The notes under the pieces are model-generated. The model saw only the letters and a list, made by a program, of their open reading frames with translations, was not told the origin of the DNA and did no database searches. A stretch of DNA of 64,000 bases from NCBI RefSeq assembly GCF_018350175.1, contig NC_058369.1:10850001-10914000 (forward strand), read 5' to 3'. Shown here piece by piece: positions 26,179-39,604 of this stretch. The position numbers and the translations under genes were made by a program. This DNA comes from Felis catus. Its lineage: Eukaryota. Within the stretch, counting starts at the first letter, position 1. Each line of letters starts with the position of its first letter.

Positions 26179-27366
26179 GTTCCAACCACACACAATGTAA
26201 CACTGCGCTAAGTTTTTTCCCCAGGTTCCTGGGTGAAGAAGACATTTCCTGTTGTTTCTTAATCTATCCTTCAGTTTCAGCAAATATGTGATGGCCTTTC
26301 TGATTATTATATGGCCATATGCTATTCCCCCTCCCCTGCTTTTTTTTAGCATTTCAAAAGATTTCCTCAGATCATTGCTTCTCCGTCGACTTTGGAAACA
26401 TTCTTTGACCATAAAAATGTTTAACTTGATTTAAATATTCCTATCTTCTTATTGCTAAGTTTCTTGCTTTATTTTAGTGGTTTTTCCCACCTGTAAACGT
26501 TATATGCAGTTTTCTTGATGTTCCATATATTGTATGGTTACATTTACACTGAAGTCATTATCCCTCTGGTGTCGATAATGTGTCTGAGGGAGGGGACCAG
26601 TTTAATGTTTTTCCAGATAGATATCCATTTATTCTAGCTGTTACTTAGCAATTCACCTTTTTCCAACGAAACTGAAATACGACCTTGTCATATAGGAAAT
26701 GTCCTTATACACTGAGACCTAATTCCTGATTCACTCAACAAATAATAACTGAGCATCTGCCATGGGCCAGAACATTCTAGGGACACTATATGTCATATTC
26801 TTTCATGGTCTTTCACAATTTAGTTATTAATCCGTGTCGGTATTACTAATGACTGCTATTTTTACCTGTTCCAGTTTGCTTTTATTTTTCATACAACTTT
26901 GCTTATGACAGGTGTTTCCAAGGTACTATTTTAACCTGGTTGCCAGAACCTTTCATTCTTTCCATTCTATAACTTCTCATAGTCTTATATCTTGTTAGAG
27001 AAAACATATATTCAACTAAGTTGGTGAAAAACAGAAATGAACAGAGAGGATAAAGTCCCTGCTCTTCTGGATGTTACAGTGGAGCATTGAGACTGTCATG
27101 ATGTGGGCAGGATTTACAGAGCATGGTCTGGGGAGTCCTTTGCATGTTGGATGAGATCCAGAATGAGGACTAGAGGGTGTCCATTGGGTTTGAGAAAGAC
27201 AGATCTTTACTCAAAGCCCAGGAATATCAATGAAAAGGTGCCACATAAGAAGAGGGAGAAAGGAGCTAACCCCATCCCCATCAATCACGTAGAAATAAAT
27301 CAGTCATATAATGATGCAGGAGGTACAGGAAAATGTCTTCTAAGCTTGATATAAAAATGCCCGACT

Positions 27367-27585
27367 GGGGCGCCTGGGTGGCGCAGTCAGTTAAGCATCC
27401 GACTTCAGCCAGGTCACGATCTCGCGGTCCGTGAGTTCGAGCCCCGCGTCGGGCTCTGGGCTGATGGCTCAGAGCCTGGAGCCTGTCTCTGATTCTGTGT
27501 CTCCCTCTCTCTCTGCCCCTCCCCCGTTCATGCTCTGTCTCTCTCTGTCCCAAAAATAAATAAATGTTGAAAAAAAATTAAAAAA
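27367..27585 (+). mobile_element. Young felid-type SINE
   Basis: Canonical body; TSD AAAAAT(G/T)CCCGACT. Confidence 0.95.
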
Positions 27586-28022
27586 AAAATTCCCGACTTT
27601 GATTGTATTGGTTTATCCCTTTGCTCTTTTTTCTTGATGTATAATATAAATGGATATGTTAATATTTATATCTATTTATATTTTTATCTATATAGTTTTG
27701 TACAAGCACACCATGAATATATAACTATCTGTCTTTTAAACAAGTTGTTTCATTCTCTTATTATTTTTGCTGGGCATCAGGGGATGTAACCAGGGGAGAA
27801 GCAAGGGAGATATTTCTTCCTCACAGTCTCTCAGGGACCACCCCAGCTTATGAGATCATTGCTCTCCCTCATCGATTTCATTCCCTCTGTATCTCACCCT
27901 CTGTCTCTTTCATCTATTGAGCAGACTTTGTTACACTGGTGTAAATCACAGAGGAAAATTAACATTCCAGCATGGAGCTCCATGGTGATTGGTCCATGGG
28001 AGGGTTAAGAATTAGCATTTCT

Positions 28023-28242
28023 GGGGGCGCCTGGGTGGCGCAGTCGGTTAAGTGTCCGACTTCAGCCAGGTCACTATCTCGTGGCCCGTGAGTTCGAGCC
28101 CTGTGTCGGGCTCTGGGCTGATGGCTCAGAGCCTGGAGCCTGTCTCCGATTCTGTGTCTCCCTCTCTCTCTGCCCCTCCCCCGTTCATGCTCTGTCTCTC
28201 TCTGTCCCAAAAATAAATAAACGTTGAAAAAAAATTTTTAAA
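28023..28242 (+). mobile_element. Young felid-type SINE
   Basis: Canonical body; TSD AAGAATTAGCATTTCT. Confidence 0.95.
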
Positions 28243-29345
28243 AAGAATTAGCATTTCTGGGAACCATTTCTACACTCTGCAGGGGAAAGATGGCTGATCG
28301 GGTCTCCTTGGGTTGTATCCATTCCCAGCATAACCAAGAATGTGGGGGCTGTGAGGACAGGGAAATTCACCGCCCAGAAGACCACGCTGTCTTGTGTGTG
28401 TGTGACTTGTGGAGGATGAGCAGTCCTCACAACAGGGGCCAGGACGCCTCAATCCCAAGGTAACACCATACATGGGCCAGAGCTCAGTCAAGAGCAGGCA
28501 CCAAGACGGGGATCTGTGTCAATTCATGGGATGGCTTTGCAGCACGATGAATACCAAGGGAGAGGCAGTGTGGACAAGGACGGCCCTGTGCCTGGAGGTC
28601 ACAGTTGTCGCAGAGGGGCCACATCCCTCCTCACATGTGTGACAGAGTCTGTCATCTGTGTCCCTCAAGATCATTCCCCTTGCAGCGCTGGCTTTGCTTT
28701 TTCGCTTGAACATTTGAAACAAGTATCTTCCTCAGGGCCTTTGCACTGGCCATTCCCTCTGCCAGGCACACACTTCCCCCATATCCTGTGTCTATGTCTC
28801 TGTCTTACATGACGTCTGTGCTCCAATGCCACCTGTGTACAGAATTTGCCTAAATGCCATTAAAATAGAATGCCCTATTTGCTCTCTGCTTTATCCCTGT
28901 TTCCCATTTCTTCACAGCACACCTCACCATCAAAAAGGTGAGAGAATCAAAAGATAATTGTATCAAAAAGATAATTGTATAATTGTCTTCTTTGCTTACG
29001 TATTTTTTCTCCATTGCTGTAGGGATTTTTGTTCTTCAGCACTCTATACTCATTGCCTAGGTAGTGCCTGAAACCTGGTCAGCACTCAATTTTATTCCTG
29101 AATACTTGAAGCATTTCTCAGGAAAAGTATAAAATACATGATTTCTTAGGAAAGAAGCTGATTGACAATAAAAATATATCAGATGTGGCAGCGATGATTC
29201 CCTAAAGGGGACCATATCCATGCACAACATATTAAAAGGAATTTCTGGACTGCAAAATAAAAAAAAACAGTCACATTTCAATTTTGTGAGTTATACAAAT
29301 TTGTGTTTTTTTATTTCCCTCTTTCTCTGAGGTCACCTCCACCAG

Positions 29346-30314
29346 ATGGAACCAAGCAATGAAACAAAATTTTCAAAGTTTCTTCTTCTGGGATTTTCAG
29401 AGGAACCAGAACTGCAGCCCCTCATATTTGGGCTTTTCCTCTCCATGTACCTGATCACTGTGTTTGGGAACCTGCTCATCATCTTGGCCATCAGCACAGA
29501 CCCCAACCTCCACACGCCCATGTACTTCTTCCTGGCCAACCTGTCCTTTGTAGACATCTGCTTCACCTCCACCACCGTCCCGAAGATGCTGGTGAACATC
29601 CAGACTCAGAGCAAAGTCATAACCTATGCAGGCTGTATCACACAGATTTATTTTCTCATACTCTTTGCTGTGATGGACGTCTTCCTCCTGAGTGTGATGG
29701 CCTATGACCGGTTTGTGGCCATCTGTCACCCCCTGCACTACACGATCATCGTGAACCCCCGGCTCTGTGGGCTGCTGGTTCTTGTGTCCTGGATCATGTG
29801 TGTCCTGCATTCCCTGTTACAAAGTTTAATGATGTTGCGGCTGTCCTTCTGTACACACTTGCATATCCCCCACTTTTTTTGTGAACTTAATCAGATGCTC
29901 CAACTGGCCTGTTCTGATACCTTTCTTAATAACGTGGTGATGTATCTTGCAGCTGTCTTGTTGGCTGGTGGTCCCTTCATTGGGATCCTTTACTCTTACT
30001 CTAAGATAGTTTCCTCCATATGTCGGATCTCATCAGCTCAGGGAAAGTGTAAAGCATTTTCTACCTGTGCATCTCATCTATCGGTTGTCTCCTTATTTTA
30101 TTGTACGATGCTCGGCGTGTACCTGAGCTCTGCTGCTACCCACAGCTCACGGTCAAGTGCCACAGCCTCGGTGATGTACACGGTGGTCACGCCCATGCTG
30201 AACCCCTTCATCTACAGCTTGAGGAACAAAGACATGAAAAGGGCTCTGAAAGCATTCTTTGGGAAGGAGACCCTTACATGGCCAATCGTCATGAGATTGA
30301 AGAAGTGCCTATGA
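29346..30314 (+). CDS. Olfactory receptor, OR7A subfamily (OR3), intact, 322 aa
   Basis: Full ORF with N-terminal NET sequon, GN in TM1, [48 protein letters not shown]. Closely resembles human OR7A5/7A10/7A17-type proteins; exact orthology cannot be assigned by eye. Confidence 0.96.
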   Translation: MEPSNETKFSKFLLLGFSEEPELQPLIFGLFLSMYLITVFGNLLIILAISTDPNLHTPMYFFLANLSFVDICFTSTTVPKMLVNIQTQSKVITYAGCITQIYFLILFAVMDVFLLSVMAYDRFVAICHPLHYTIIVNPRLCGLLVLVSWIMCVLHSLLQSLMMLRLSFCTHLHIPHFFCELNQMLQLACSDTFLNNVVMYLAAVLLAGGPFIGILYSYSKIVSSICRISSAQGKCKAFSTCASHLSVVSLFYCTMLGVYLSSAATHSSRSSATASVMYTVVTPMLNPFIYSLRNKDMKRALKAFFGKETLTWPIVMRLKKCL

Positions 30315-31869
30315 TTGCAGGGGTCAAAGCCTCTGTGTCAGAGACTGTGGTCTTTATTCAGACTGTAGATGTAGTATTCCTCTTTCCGTTTATTTCCTTG
30401 TCCTCAACTTCCATATGCCATGTATGTAACTCACTCTATGAAGCTCTGCTCTCTCTGATATCCTACAGATTTTTCCCTTGTATTTCCCACTTTCTGAATT
30501 TTATTTCCAACCACGGATCTGAAATATTTGGAAATGTTCATTTACCTTGAGGCAACATAGACATTTTTAAAAATAATCTTTCTCAAACAATTGTGTCACA
30601 CCAAATAATTTTTCTTCCATACGTGTTTTTTTAATGCCACGTTTACCACTGGTTAGCTCTCTGTATGTCTTAGGATTGGTGGGCAGAATTGGGTGGGTGA
30701 TGGGTGGGCTAAATGGGCAATGGGCATTAGGGAGGGCACTTGTTGGGGTGAGCACTGGGGGTTGTATGTAAGTGATGAATCACTAAATTCTACTCCTGAC
30801 ACCAACACTACACTACATGTTCACTAACTAGAATTTAAATAAAAACTTGAAACAAACAAACAAAAAGAACTGTCATGATTGATACGCCACCTATGGAAAC
30901 AACCACACTTTATGACAAATATATATGATTTTAAAGGAGAACAATATCTGAGACTATGTTTTTTCACTTATATGTCTGAAGGTCCTTTGTATATCAGTAT
31001 CTTAACTGCTCTTCTTAATAGTGGACACTTAATATATTAATGTGTCTTCTAGATCGGTTTTATTCTCCTCATTAGGATCCTGGTCTCTTAGTACCTTGTT
31101 GTCCACAATGTGTATGATAGTCACTACCTTACTCAAGCATTCACCAAATACGCGTCTCCAAAAGAAGTCTTCATGGAACAACAAACTTAGATAGATTGAC
31201 TTTAGAATATGATCTTAGACTCTAGATGCCCTTTAATATGATGAAGCAAAGTTTTATTTTATTTTTTTTTTCAATTTAAATTTTAGTTAGTTAATATACC
31301 ATGCAATATTGGTTTCAGGAGTGAATTCTGTGATTCATCACTTACGTACAACATCTAGCGCCCATCTCAACGAAGCAAAGTTTTAAATCGCACATTGTGC
31401 TCTTTAAAATATTTATTCTTCATGCTGTACGGCTATTCATTGGAGTATGGAGGATTGGTGGCCATGTGTAAGGCGGCTTATCCAAATGGGGGAAGGACTG
31501 ATTGACATTTTTCTACTTTTATTGAATTATCTCCTTGTTTCTTCCTGAAATCTTTACGCTGCCTTTGGTATGACTCCTTTCATTGTTGTAAAAGAAATAT
31601 ATCCCCCTTCCTTCTAAATTTTGTCATAACCATGAAAGGGGTGTCAAATGGTCATTACCCTCCATTATACATGTTTCTCAGGCTCAGGATTCTATTCACC
31701 TTCTATGCTCAAGGGATGACATAAGAGGGAGCTTGCATTCCTGTCTGGTCATGTGAATCAGGGACACCAGTTTTCCAACACAATAATGCATACATTTTCA
31801 ATCTTTCCTGGCTATGGGGAAAAGAACCTCAATGAGAGGTAGTTGTTTTGTTGTTTTTGTTGTTATTGT

Positions 31870-31890
31870 TTGTTTGTTTGTCTGTTTTTT

Positions 31891-31922
<32 letters not shown>

Positions 31923-32156
31923 GGGGAGTGAGCAGGAGAGAGGGGAAGAGGCAGAGAGGGAGACAGAGATAGAATCTTAAGCAGGCTCCAAGTTGAACGG
32001 GGCTTGATCTCATGACTGTGAGATCACAACCTTAGCCAAAATCAAGAGTTGGAGACTCAACCGACTGAGCCACTCATGACTGTGAGATCACCTTAGCCAA
32101 AATCAAGAGTTGGAGACCCAACCGACTCAACCGACTGACTCAACCGACTGAGCCAC
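31870..32156 (-). mobile_element. Carnivore SINE with internal tandem duplication
   Basis: ctcatgactgtgagatcac...ccttagccaaaatcaagagttggagac occurs twice. Confidence 0.8.
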
Positions 32157-32464
32157 TGCTTCTCAGTGAGAGGTTTTATATGCAGTTGTCTGAACTAAAC
32201 TGAAATAGCAGAGGTACCATGAATGCAGGCTTCAAATACAAGAATAAATACCAAGAACAGTCAGCAGCAGATAATAATTGTCCTTACTTCTGTTCACCGT
32301 GATCATTGAATCAGTTAGCCATTGCTGCATAACAAGCCATTTAAAAGAAAATGATTTAATGTAATGCTTTTATTACCAAATGATATTGTATGTTGGGGAT
32401 TGTTCTGAGCTCTGCCTGTCTCCTCGTGAGTCTATAGTGAGCTGTGAGACTCTACACAGTTTCT

Positions 32465-32687
32465 TTTTTTATAATTTTTTCTTAAAGTTTATTTGTTTTG
32501 AGAGAGGCAGAGACAGGATGCGAGTGGGTTAGGGGCAGAAAGAGAGAGGGAGACACAGATTCCGAAGCAGGCTCCAGGCTCCGAGCTGGCAGCACCGAGC
32601 CTGACGCAGGGCTTGAACCCACAAGCTGTGAGATCATGACCTGAGCCGAAGTTGGACACTCAATCGACTGAGCCACTCAGGCACCCC
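32465..32687 (-). mobile_element. Carnivore SINE
   Basis: Reverse-complement canonical body; approximate TSD gactctaca. Confidence 0.9.
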
Positions 32688-33137
32688 GACTCTACATTGT
32701 TCCTAAGGCTCATCCATGATGTCATGTGTGACCATGGGGCACTTCTCTTCTGAACAAGTATATGATCAGTTAACTCGATTTCCGAGTGCATTTTTATCCT
32801 CTGTTTTACAGGGGAAAAAAGAATATCAAAAGTGAATGATTTTAATTTACATCTACTGTTCCTGTATTCATACATCACTCTTTGCTTTCTTCCTACTGAG
32901 AAGAAAAAGCTCCTGTCACGACTCAGTATGAATCAGCTACCTCTGCTCTGTATTTCACACTGATCCGTACGCTGCTAGATTTTTTTCCCTTCTAACTAAT
33001 TTAGTGGGGGTATAATCATGTGCTATAAACTGCATCTATTCGGAATGTATGATTTGATGAATTAAGGGAGCCATACAAAAACTAAAGTACCTACTGCACA
33101 TTCCTATTTGATGTTCTTTAAGAAAATGCACAACCTT

Positions 33138-33360
33138 GGGGCGCCTGGGTGGCGCAGTCGGTTAAGCGTCTGACTTCAGCCAGGTCGCGATCTCGCGGTC
33201 TGTGAGTTCGAGTCCCGCGTCGGGCTCTGGGCTGATGGCTCAGAGCCTGGAGCCTGTTTCCGATTCTGTGCCTCCCTCTCTCTCTGCTCCTCCCCCGTTC
33301 ATGCTCTGTCTCTCTCTGTCCCAAAAATAAATAAACATTGAAAAAAAAATTAAAAAAAAA
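33138..33360 (+). mobile_element. Young felid-type SINE
   Basis: Canonical body; 18-bp TSD AAGAAAATGCACAACCTT. Confidence 0.95.
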
Positions 33361-33977
33361 AAGAAAATGCACAACCTTGATGACTTCTTAATCCAATTGT
33401 TAAAATGTAATCTCCCTTGGCCTCAGCTTCTTTATTTCCAAAAGTAACTTGGGACCGTAAAGGTAACTTCAAATGTATATTGCAAGAAATAAATGATGTG
33501 TGCGGACATATTTCGTTGAGTCTGAAGAAAATGCTCACCTGTAAAGTTGTATTTATGCATATATGTGTCTTTCTCTGTATACATTTTTATTTCAAATAAA
33601 CACACCTACACATGGGTACCCCAGCACAGAATCATTTTTAAAAATATTATTATCTGAGTGCACTTGGCACACAATGTGACACGAGTTTCATGTGTACGAC
33701 GTAGAGATTCAACTTCTCCGTACATTATGTGGTGCCCAGCACAAAGGCACTGCTGGCTGTCAGCCTACCAGGCCATTGCAATATCATTGACTATATTCTG
33801 TCCGCTGTGCCTTTGACTTCCATGACTCATTTATTCCACAACTGGAAGCCTGTACCTCCCACTGCCCTTCACCCATCCCCCCCACCCCCCTCTGACAACC
33901 ACGAGTTTATTCTCTATATTTATGGATCGGATTCTGCTGTTTTGTGTGCTTGCTTATTCATTTTAAGCAGACTCAAT

Positions 33978-34160
33978 GGGGCACCCGAGTGGCTCAGTTG
34001 GCTGAATGTCTGACTCTTGATTTCCCCTGGGGTCGTGGAATTGGGTTCCCCGCCACACTGAGCATGGAACTTGCTTAGGATTCTCTCTCTCTGAATCTCT
34101 CCCTCTGCCCCTCCTCCACTCACACATGCTCCTACTCTCAAACAAAAATTTAAAAATGAA
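33978..34160 (+). mobile_element. Older carnivore SINE
   Basis: ggggcacccgagtggctcagttgg head, CT tract, A tail. Confidence 0.8.
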
Positions 34161-35134
34161 CACAGACTCATTTATGACCTCTTATTTTATGTTGAAAGGA
34201 AATGAGTGAAATTTGAAGAGTGTTGACATAAAAAGAATAAATGTTTGAGTTAATATGCAATTGATAGAATGTAGACATGTAGACACAACAATTTAGTATA
34301 AACAATAGACATACATTCAAATGATGAATTACTTTTCTTCTGCTAATGCGTCAAAGACAATAAAATCTGGAGCACGTTTGTATTTATGCCCTGAGAAATT
34401 CTCTACCAGCTAAAGAGGACGAATATCTCCAAACTGATTTTAAAATTCTTCTACTTAAAGATGGGATTACAACACAAAATGCCTTTACCCAGGGGGAGCT
34501 ATAGTGAATGAACGGAGAAGCTTAGTCTCAGGTTCTTAGCAAAATTTTATTGGACAAATGTTTGTGTCCAAGTCCTAATGCTAACGTACAATGACTACAT
34601 TAGTGTTTTAACACACATGTATGCTCTTACAGTTCTGGGGCTCAAAAGCCTGAAGTCGTTCTCATGGGTCTGAAACGAAGATGTTTGCAAGGCTTGGTTC
34701 CTTCTGGAAGCTACAGGGAAGAATCTGTTTACTTTTCTGTCCCAAGCTCATATCATAGTGCAAAATATGATCTGAATATATTTTATATAACTGACAAATG
34801 CTTCACACAGAGGGGCTACATGGCAGCTGTTACCTTGTGACATATTATGGAATGCCTAAATGTTTGGAAAATGTGTCATGAAGCTGAGGTACGTAGTGCT
34901 TGGGGTTCATATCAAAGGAACTCGTTGAAAAGGAAATAGGAATGTTCCATAGATAGCGGAGCTGTGTCTCCACCACAAGCCAAGTGTTTGGACATCCAAG
35001 GCATCTAATCCACAAAGATTGTGCAGTTCTAGACTTGGGGGAAAAGCTGAAATCAGGGTTGGGATGAGATGCGGGATGTCTGCCCTCTGGGAGGAGCAGA
35101 GTTCAAGAGCAAGGAGTGATTAACACTGGGGTCA

Positions 35135-35484
35135 CAGTCTATTGGGAATATGGAATCTCCAAAAAACTTTCCTTTGTCTCCAGACCAGTGTCCTCCAGGG
35201 AAATCATGTGCTGTAGGTTGGAGAGGCAGGAGGGGAACGTGCCTCATGAACAGACAGAGGAAACTATAAATATCTCCTGTGTGCCGTCCCTCTGCCTGTG
35301 CCACCTTGGGCTGATGGGACCTGGTTGTTGCTTCTGGAGTCTGAAGCTTGGCTGGGAGACTCATGCTAGCCTCCTTCCTGTCGTCTTGTGTGGGGACAGA
35401 GTTTAGTCACCACCAATAACCATCTGGAGGGAATTCAGACAGCCACAAGGAGACCTCTCCCTCAGAGCTCCCATCCAGGTGAGT
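35135..35484 (+). promoter_or_regulatory. Putative OR promoter + exon 1 cassette P5 (serving OR4)
   Basis: TCTATTGGGAA, TCCTCCAGGGAA, TATAAATA at 35265-35272, donor CAG|GTGAGT with GT at 35479-35480. Confidence 0.65.
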
Positions 35485-35842
35485 CTGAGACCCAGCAGGA
35501 TCTTCAGGAAAAAATTAAGAAGAATCAAAGCCAGGTGCATTTACCTAAGGTCACCACACAGCCACCAGCCTAGCCCAGAACCTGGAGATCTCTATGGTCA
35601 TTTGCTTGCCTGATTACTTAATGACCTCGTGGATGATGTTACAGAAAGGATTGCACATTGAACTCAGCCACACATGGGTGATTGTTGCCAGTGAAGTGAT
35701 GGGAGGGGAGGCAGGAAATACTTCCAGTAAAAGTAGAACATGTCCAATGAGTTTTGCAGTTGAAGGGAGTAGGTAAATTAGGGATGGAGGGATGCGCAGT
35801 GAAGTCAGGACATTTCTTTTTTGTCTTTAAATGAGGCATCCT

Positions 35843-36055
35843 GGGGGGTGCCTGGGTGGCTCAGTGGGTTAAGCTGCAAACTCTTGATTTCGGGTCAGGT
35901 CATGATCTTATGGTTTGTGAGGTCAAGCCCTGCATCGGGCTCTGGCTGACAGCTCAGAGACTGGAACCTGCTTTGGATTCTGTGTCTCTCTCCCTCTCTG
36001 CCTCTCCCCCGTTCACACACCCTGTCTCAAAATAAATAAAAAAACATTAAACAAA
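35843..36055 (+). mobile_element. Carnivore SINE
   Basis: Canonical head, body and tail. Confidence 0.88.
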
Positions 36056-36556
36056 TGGGGCATACTGGGCTACGTTTCCATATTGATGAGAAATATCTAG
36101 ACCAATTTACTGCTTGCATATACGACCTTGCAACATTAATTCATGAGACATATATTTTCACAACGTGCTCTTACTCTGGATATTCGTATGACTGCCATGA
36201 TGTAATAAATGAAAACTATGGTTACCTAGCTTTGCTTTGCAGTGATTTCATTATCTACGAAGTTGACTATATTTGTGGTTAGTTATTCCTTGGTTGCCTC
36301 ATTTATGCATTGCCTCTAATGGGTCTTTGCATTTGTACAGTGGAGTCGAGGAGGTGCTACTGCCATCTCTGATTGCATTCTTTCTAAAAAGGAAGTGGAT
36401 GGGGTGTTTGGTGTTATTTTCCCCACTTTGCTGTTTACCATTGAGTTCTATTGTGTACATGAAGACATAAACACACTGTGACATAGACATATAGGACTGT
36501 GTTCATTAGTAATATGGGGTCAAATCTGTCACTCGGTTATACTGTGTTCTCTCTTG

Positions 36557-36610
36557 TTATTTATTTATTTATTTACTTATGTATTTATTTATTTATTTAT
36601 TTATTTATTT
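36557..36610. repeat. (TTTA)n microsatellite
   Basis: Directly visible. Confidence 0.9.
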
Positions 36611-37467
36611 CCTTACTTCATTATCCTATACTGAGCTGTCACTAATACTCTTCACTTGCAAATTCTTGCTATAAACAAAAAGGAGCATACGTGGTATTTT
36701 GTACATTGCTCACAAATCACTGTCTATACACATTTCCACGTGCCTTCCCATCTCTGTTATTCCCTACAGTTCCTATTGGCCCATTGTGAAAAGATGTATT
36801 TCCAGAAGTTGCATTATCTCTGACTACCACGGCTTCTTTACATTTGACTGAAGATCACCTTACTCTCCATAAGCATATTTGAATCCATGTATCGTTATAA
36901 GAAAATATTTATCATTTAGATACGGCTCCTTCCCCAGTGATAAAGGTGATTCTATCGCATACTTTTCTTTCCACGTGTTTGGAAGTGTGATCTGAAATCA
37001 ATGGCCCACCTCAATACCACTAAATCATTTTATGCCTTTTGTAAGTCGCTTTTAGAGTCTCACATAATTTTGTTTCCCACAGTTGTTTTGAAACTTGCCC
37101 TAATTTCACTCCTCCTGGAAGTCTTTATTCTTTCAGTTCTCATAAAGCTTCTCTTCCTATCTTAGGCGCACATACACATTCATAACCAGACGGATGAATG
37201 AATAGCGGGCTGTGGACAACATAAACGCTCTTTAGGTTTTAGGGTAGTCTTTTCTTCTACGTGCGTCCACTCTTCCTTCTTCCTCAAAACTACCTCATGG
37301 ACTTGTCTCCAACCGACTAGGGAAATGCTGATTCTTTATTTCGATGTCTGCATAATATTTCATGATACGGCTGTGCTACTCACACTTCGAAAGCTTTTCC
37401 TAGCTTTTCTCGATGCATTGCTATTATAACAATTCTGCAAAAATATTTTGAGATTGTTATGTGAAAA

Positions 37468-37660
37468 ATCTGGTTCTCCACTGGAGGAAACACTGTCCCT
37501 CAGGGGGACACGACTTATTTGGGTGTCACATGGTGGGGGGGGGGCGGCTCAGGAAGGGCCAGGGATGCTCTAAACACGTTCAAAGCCCAGGACACACACA
37601 CACACCACAGAGGCCAGTCTGGATCAGAACGTCAAGGGTGCCGAGACTGAGAATCTCTGA
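37468..37660 (+). mobile_element. MER20 relic
   Basis: tggttctccact...ccctcagggggacac...ggccagggatgctctaaaca...gtgccgagactgagaa. Confidence 0.65.
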
Positions 37661-38249
37661 GTTAAAGCATATCTGTGTTTTCACATTTGTAGCTGTCTTC
37701 AGTTGTTTTCTCAACATCGCAGTGGTTCACACTCCTTCCAGAAAAATTAGAGAATCTCTTTTTTCTACCTGTTTAAAAATTTCAACCCAGTCAGCTCGAG
37801 AGATCTTGTGTTCTTCAACCGTTACTGAATTTGAGCCAATATGTACATATTTGATCACCAGGTTCATTGTTGCATCTCTATTGTTATTATGTGTCCATAA
37901 AGTCTATGCCTATTCCGCAGCTAGCAGCATTTCACATGAAGTTCACAGATTACCGTTTATTGCCTTGGGTTGGATATCATGTCCACAAAATGATTTAAAT
38001 TTTATATAGCTAAATATATCTATCTTACTTCTAATTTTCCTGCCTTAATTACGATTTTGCTCACCTGTGGCTTGTATCTGCGTTTTTATGCACGTTCACT
38101 GAAAATGTACTGTTTCCATTTACTTCAAGATCTCTAATCCCTCTGGATTGTTTAAATGTGCGTCTAGGGAAACTTTCTTTTCTTTCAGATGGATAGCCAC
38201 CTGTGCCAGCCTTTAGGAAACAACCTTCACCAACTAAATTGGAATACAG

Positions 38250-38531
38250 TGGTGCCTGGGGGCTCAGTCCGTTGAGCATCTGACTCTTGCTTTCGACTCA
38301 GGTCATGATCTCATGGTTCGTGAGATCCAACCATGCATCAGTCTCCATGCCGAGCGTGGAGCCTGCGTGGGATTTTCTGTATTATAAAAGGCTGATGGGT
38401 GTGCGTCTGACTTCGGCTCAGGTCATGACCTCGCGGTGTGTGAGTTCGAGCCCCGCGTCGGGCTCTGTGCTGACATCTCGGAGCCTGGAGCCTGCTGCGG
38501 ATTCTGTGTCTCCCTCTCTCTCCTCCCCTCC

Positions 38532-38569
<38 letters not shown>

Positions 38570-38588
38570 AATAAATAAACGTTAAAAG
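38250..38588 (+). mobile_element. Composite of two partial SINEs
   Basis: Two copies of the ctcaggtcatga body; the second ends in (CT)n and aataaataaacgtt. Confidence 0.82.
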
Positions 38589-38806
38589 CTTCAAATACAG
38601 GAAAGAAAATGAACATGCCAGTCTGACTTGTCAATGTTATTTCTTCACGGGAAGCTTGTTCATTGGAATTCAGGTAACATTTTACATTGTTTAGGAGAAT
38701 GATTATGGATCTGGCCAGCTTGAGTTATACTCCCTCCAAACTTAATCATGGGGGCTGGGGGTGAGAAGTCATGGTAAGAACACAACCAGAGAAACAATCA
38801 TTTGTG

Positions 38807-38854
38807 GTGTGTGTGTGTGTGTGTGTGTGTGCGTGTGCGCGCGCGCGCGCGCAC
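38807..38854. repeat. (GT)n(GC)n alternating purine-pyrimidine tract
   Basis: Directly visible. Confidence 0.92.
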
Positions 38855-39604
38855 TTTTTGGAGTGGGATTCATCCTCAGAACAGGAGTACACGGTCTAAT
38901 ATGTACTAAGGTGAATACAGAAGCCAGAACTCAGTCAACACACAGTACTCAGGAGGGATCGATGTCAATTTACAGGAGACTTTGCAAGTAGAGTCTAAAA
39001 TACAAGCAGTACATAGTGTGGGTGAGTGACTCTGTTTTCTTGCGGGTTAACCAGCAGCACCCATTTCCTTGAAATTGCCTCACACCGTCTCTGATTTCCC
39101 TCCTGTTCACTCCCCTTCCTACACGTGCTTCCTGTTTGGGACCCACATACCTCAAAGTAGGATCATCCTCAGGGCCTTAGCAGAGGCCATTCCCTCAGCC
39201 AGCACACACTTCCCCAGAGATGCTCGTGGCTCCTGCCTTCCTTTCCCTGAGGTCTCCGTTCAGATGTCGCCTTGTTCACTGTTCTTGACTGAACACCAAT
39301 TACAAAATAACACTTGTATCCACACTCTGCTTACACCTACTCTTGTTCCCTTCACAGCACTTGACACCCTCTGATGTCCTATTGATATTTTGATTTCCTT
39401 CTGTTCATTCTCCATCACTGGATTATACTGGCTTTTGATTTTCCCAGACTCATTGCCTCGACAATGCCTGGAATATGTTTGACGCTCACTACAACTTCTT
39501 GACAGCAAAATACAAATCATACCATTGCAACAATGTGAGTGACACTGTTCAGGTGAAAATTAATGATGTCTCCCATCGTCTTTCCTCGTGGTCAGTGCAA
39601 CCTC

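Noticed and set aside
27281-27553. Repeated RETEHERGRGRERGRHRI-type peptides (also 27959, 33118, 52380)
   Set aside because: Antisense translations of SINE copies.
37461-38009. 182-aa ORF
   Set aside because: Begins at GTG within a MER20 relic and has no recognisable domain.
39563-39604. N-terminal extensions on OR4, OR1 and OR2 in the ORF track
   Set aside because: They run through the probable polypyrimidine tract / acceptor region; paralogs agree on the MEx(G/S)N start.
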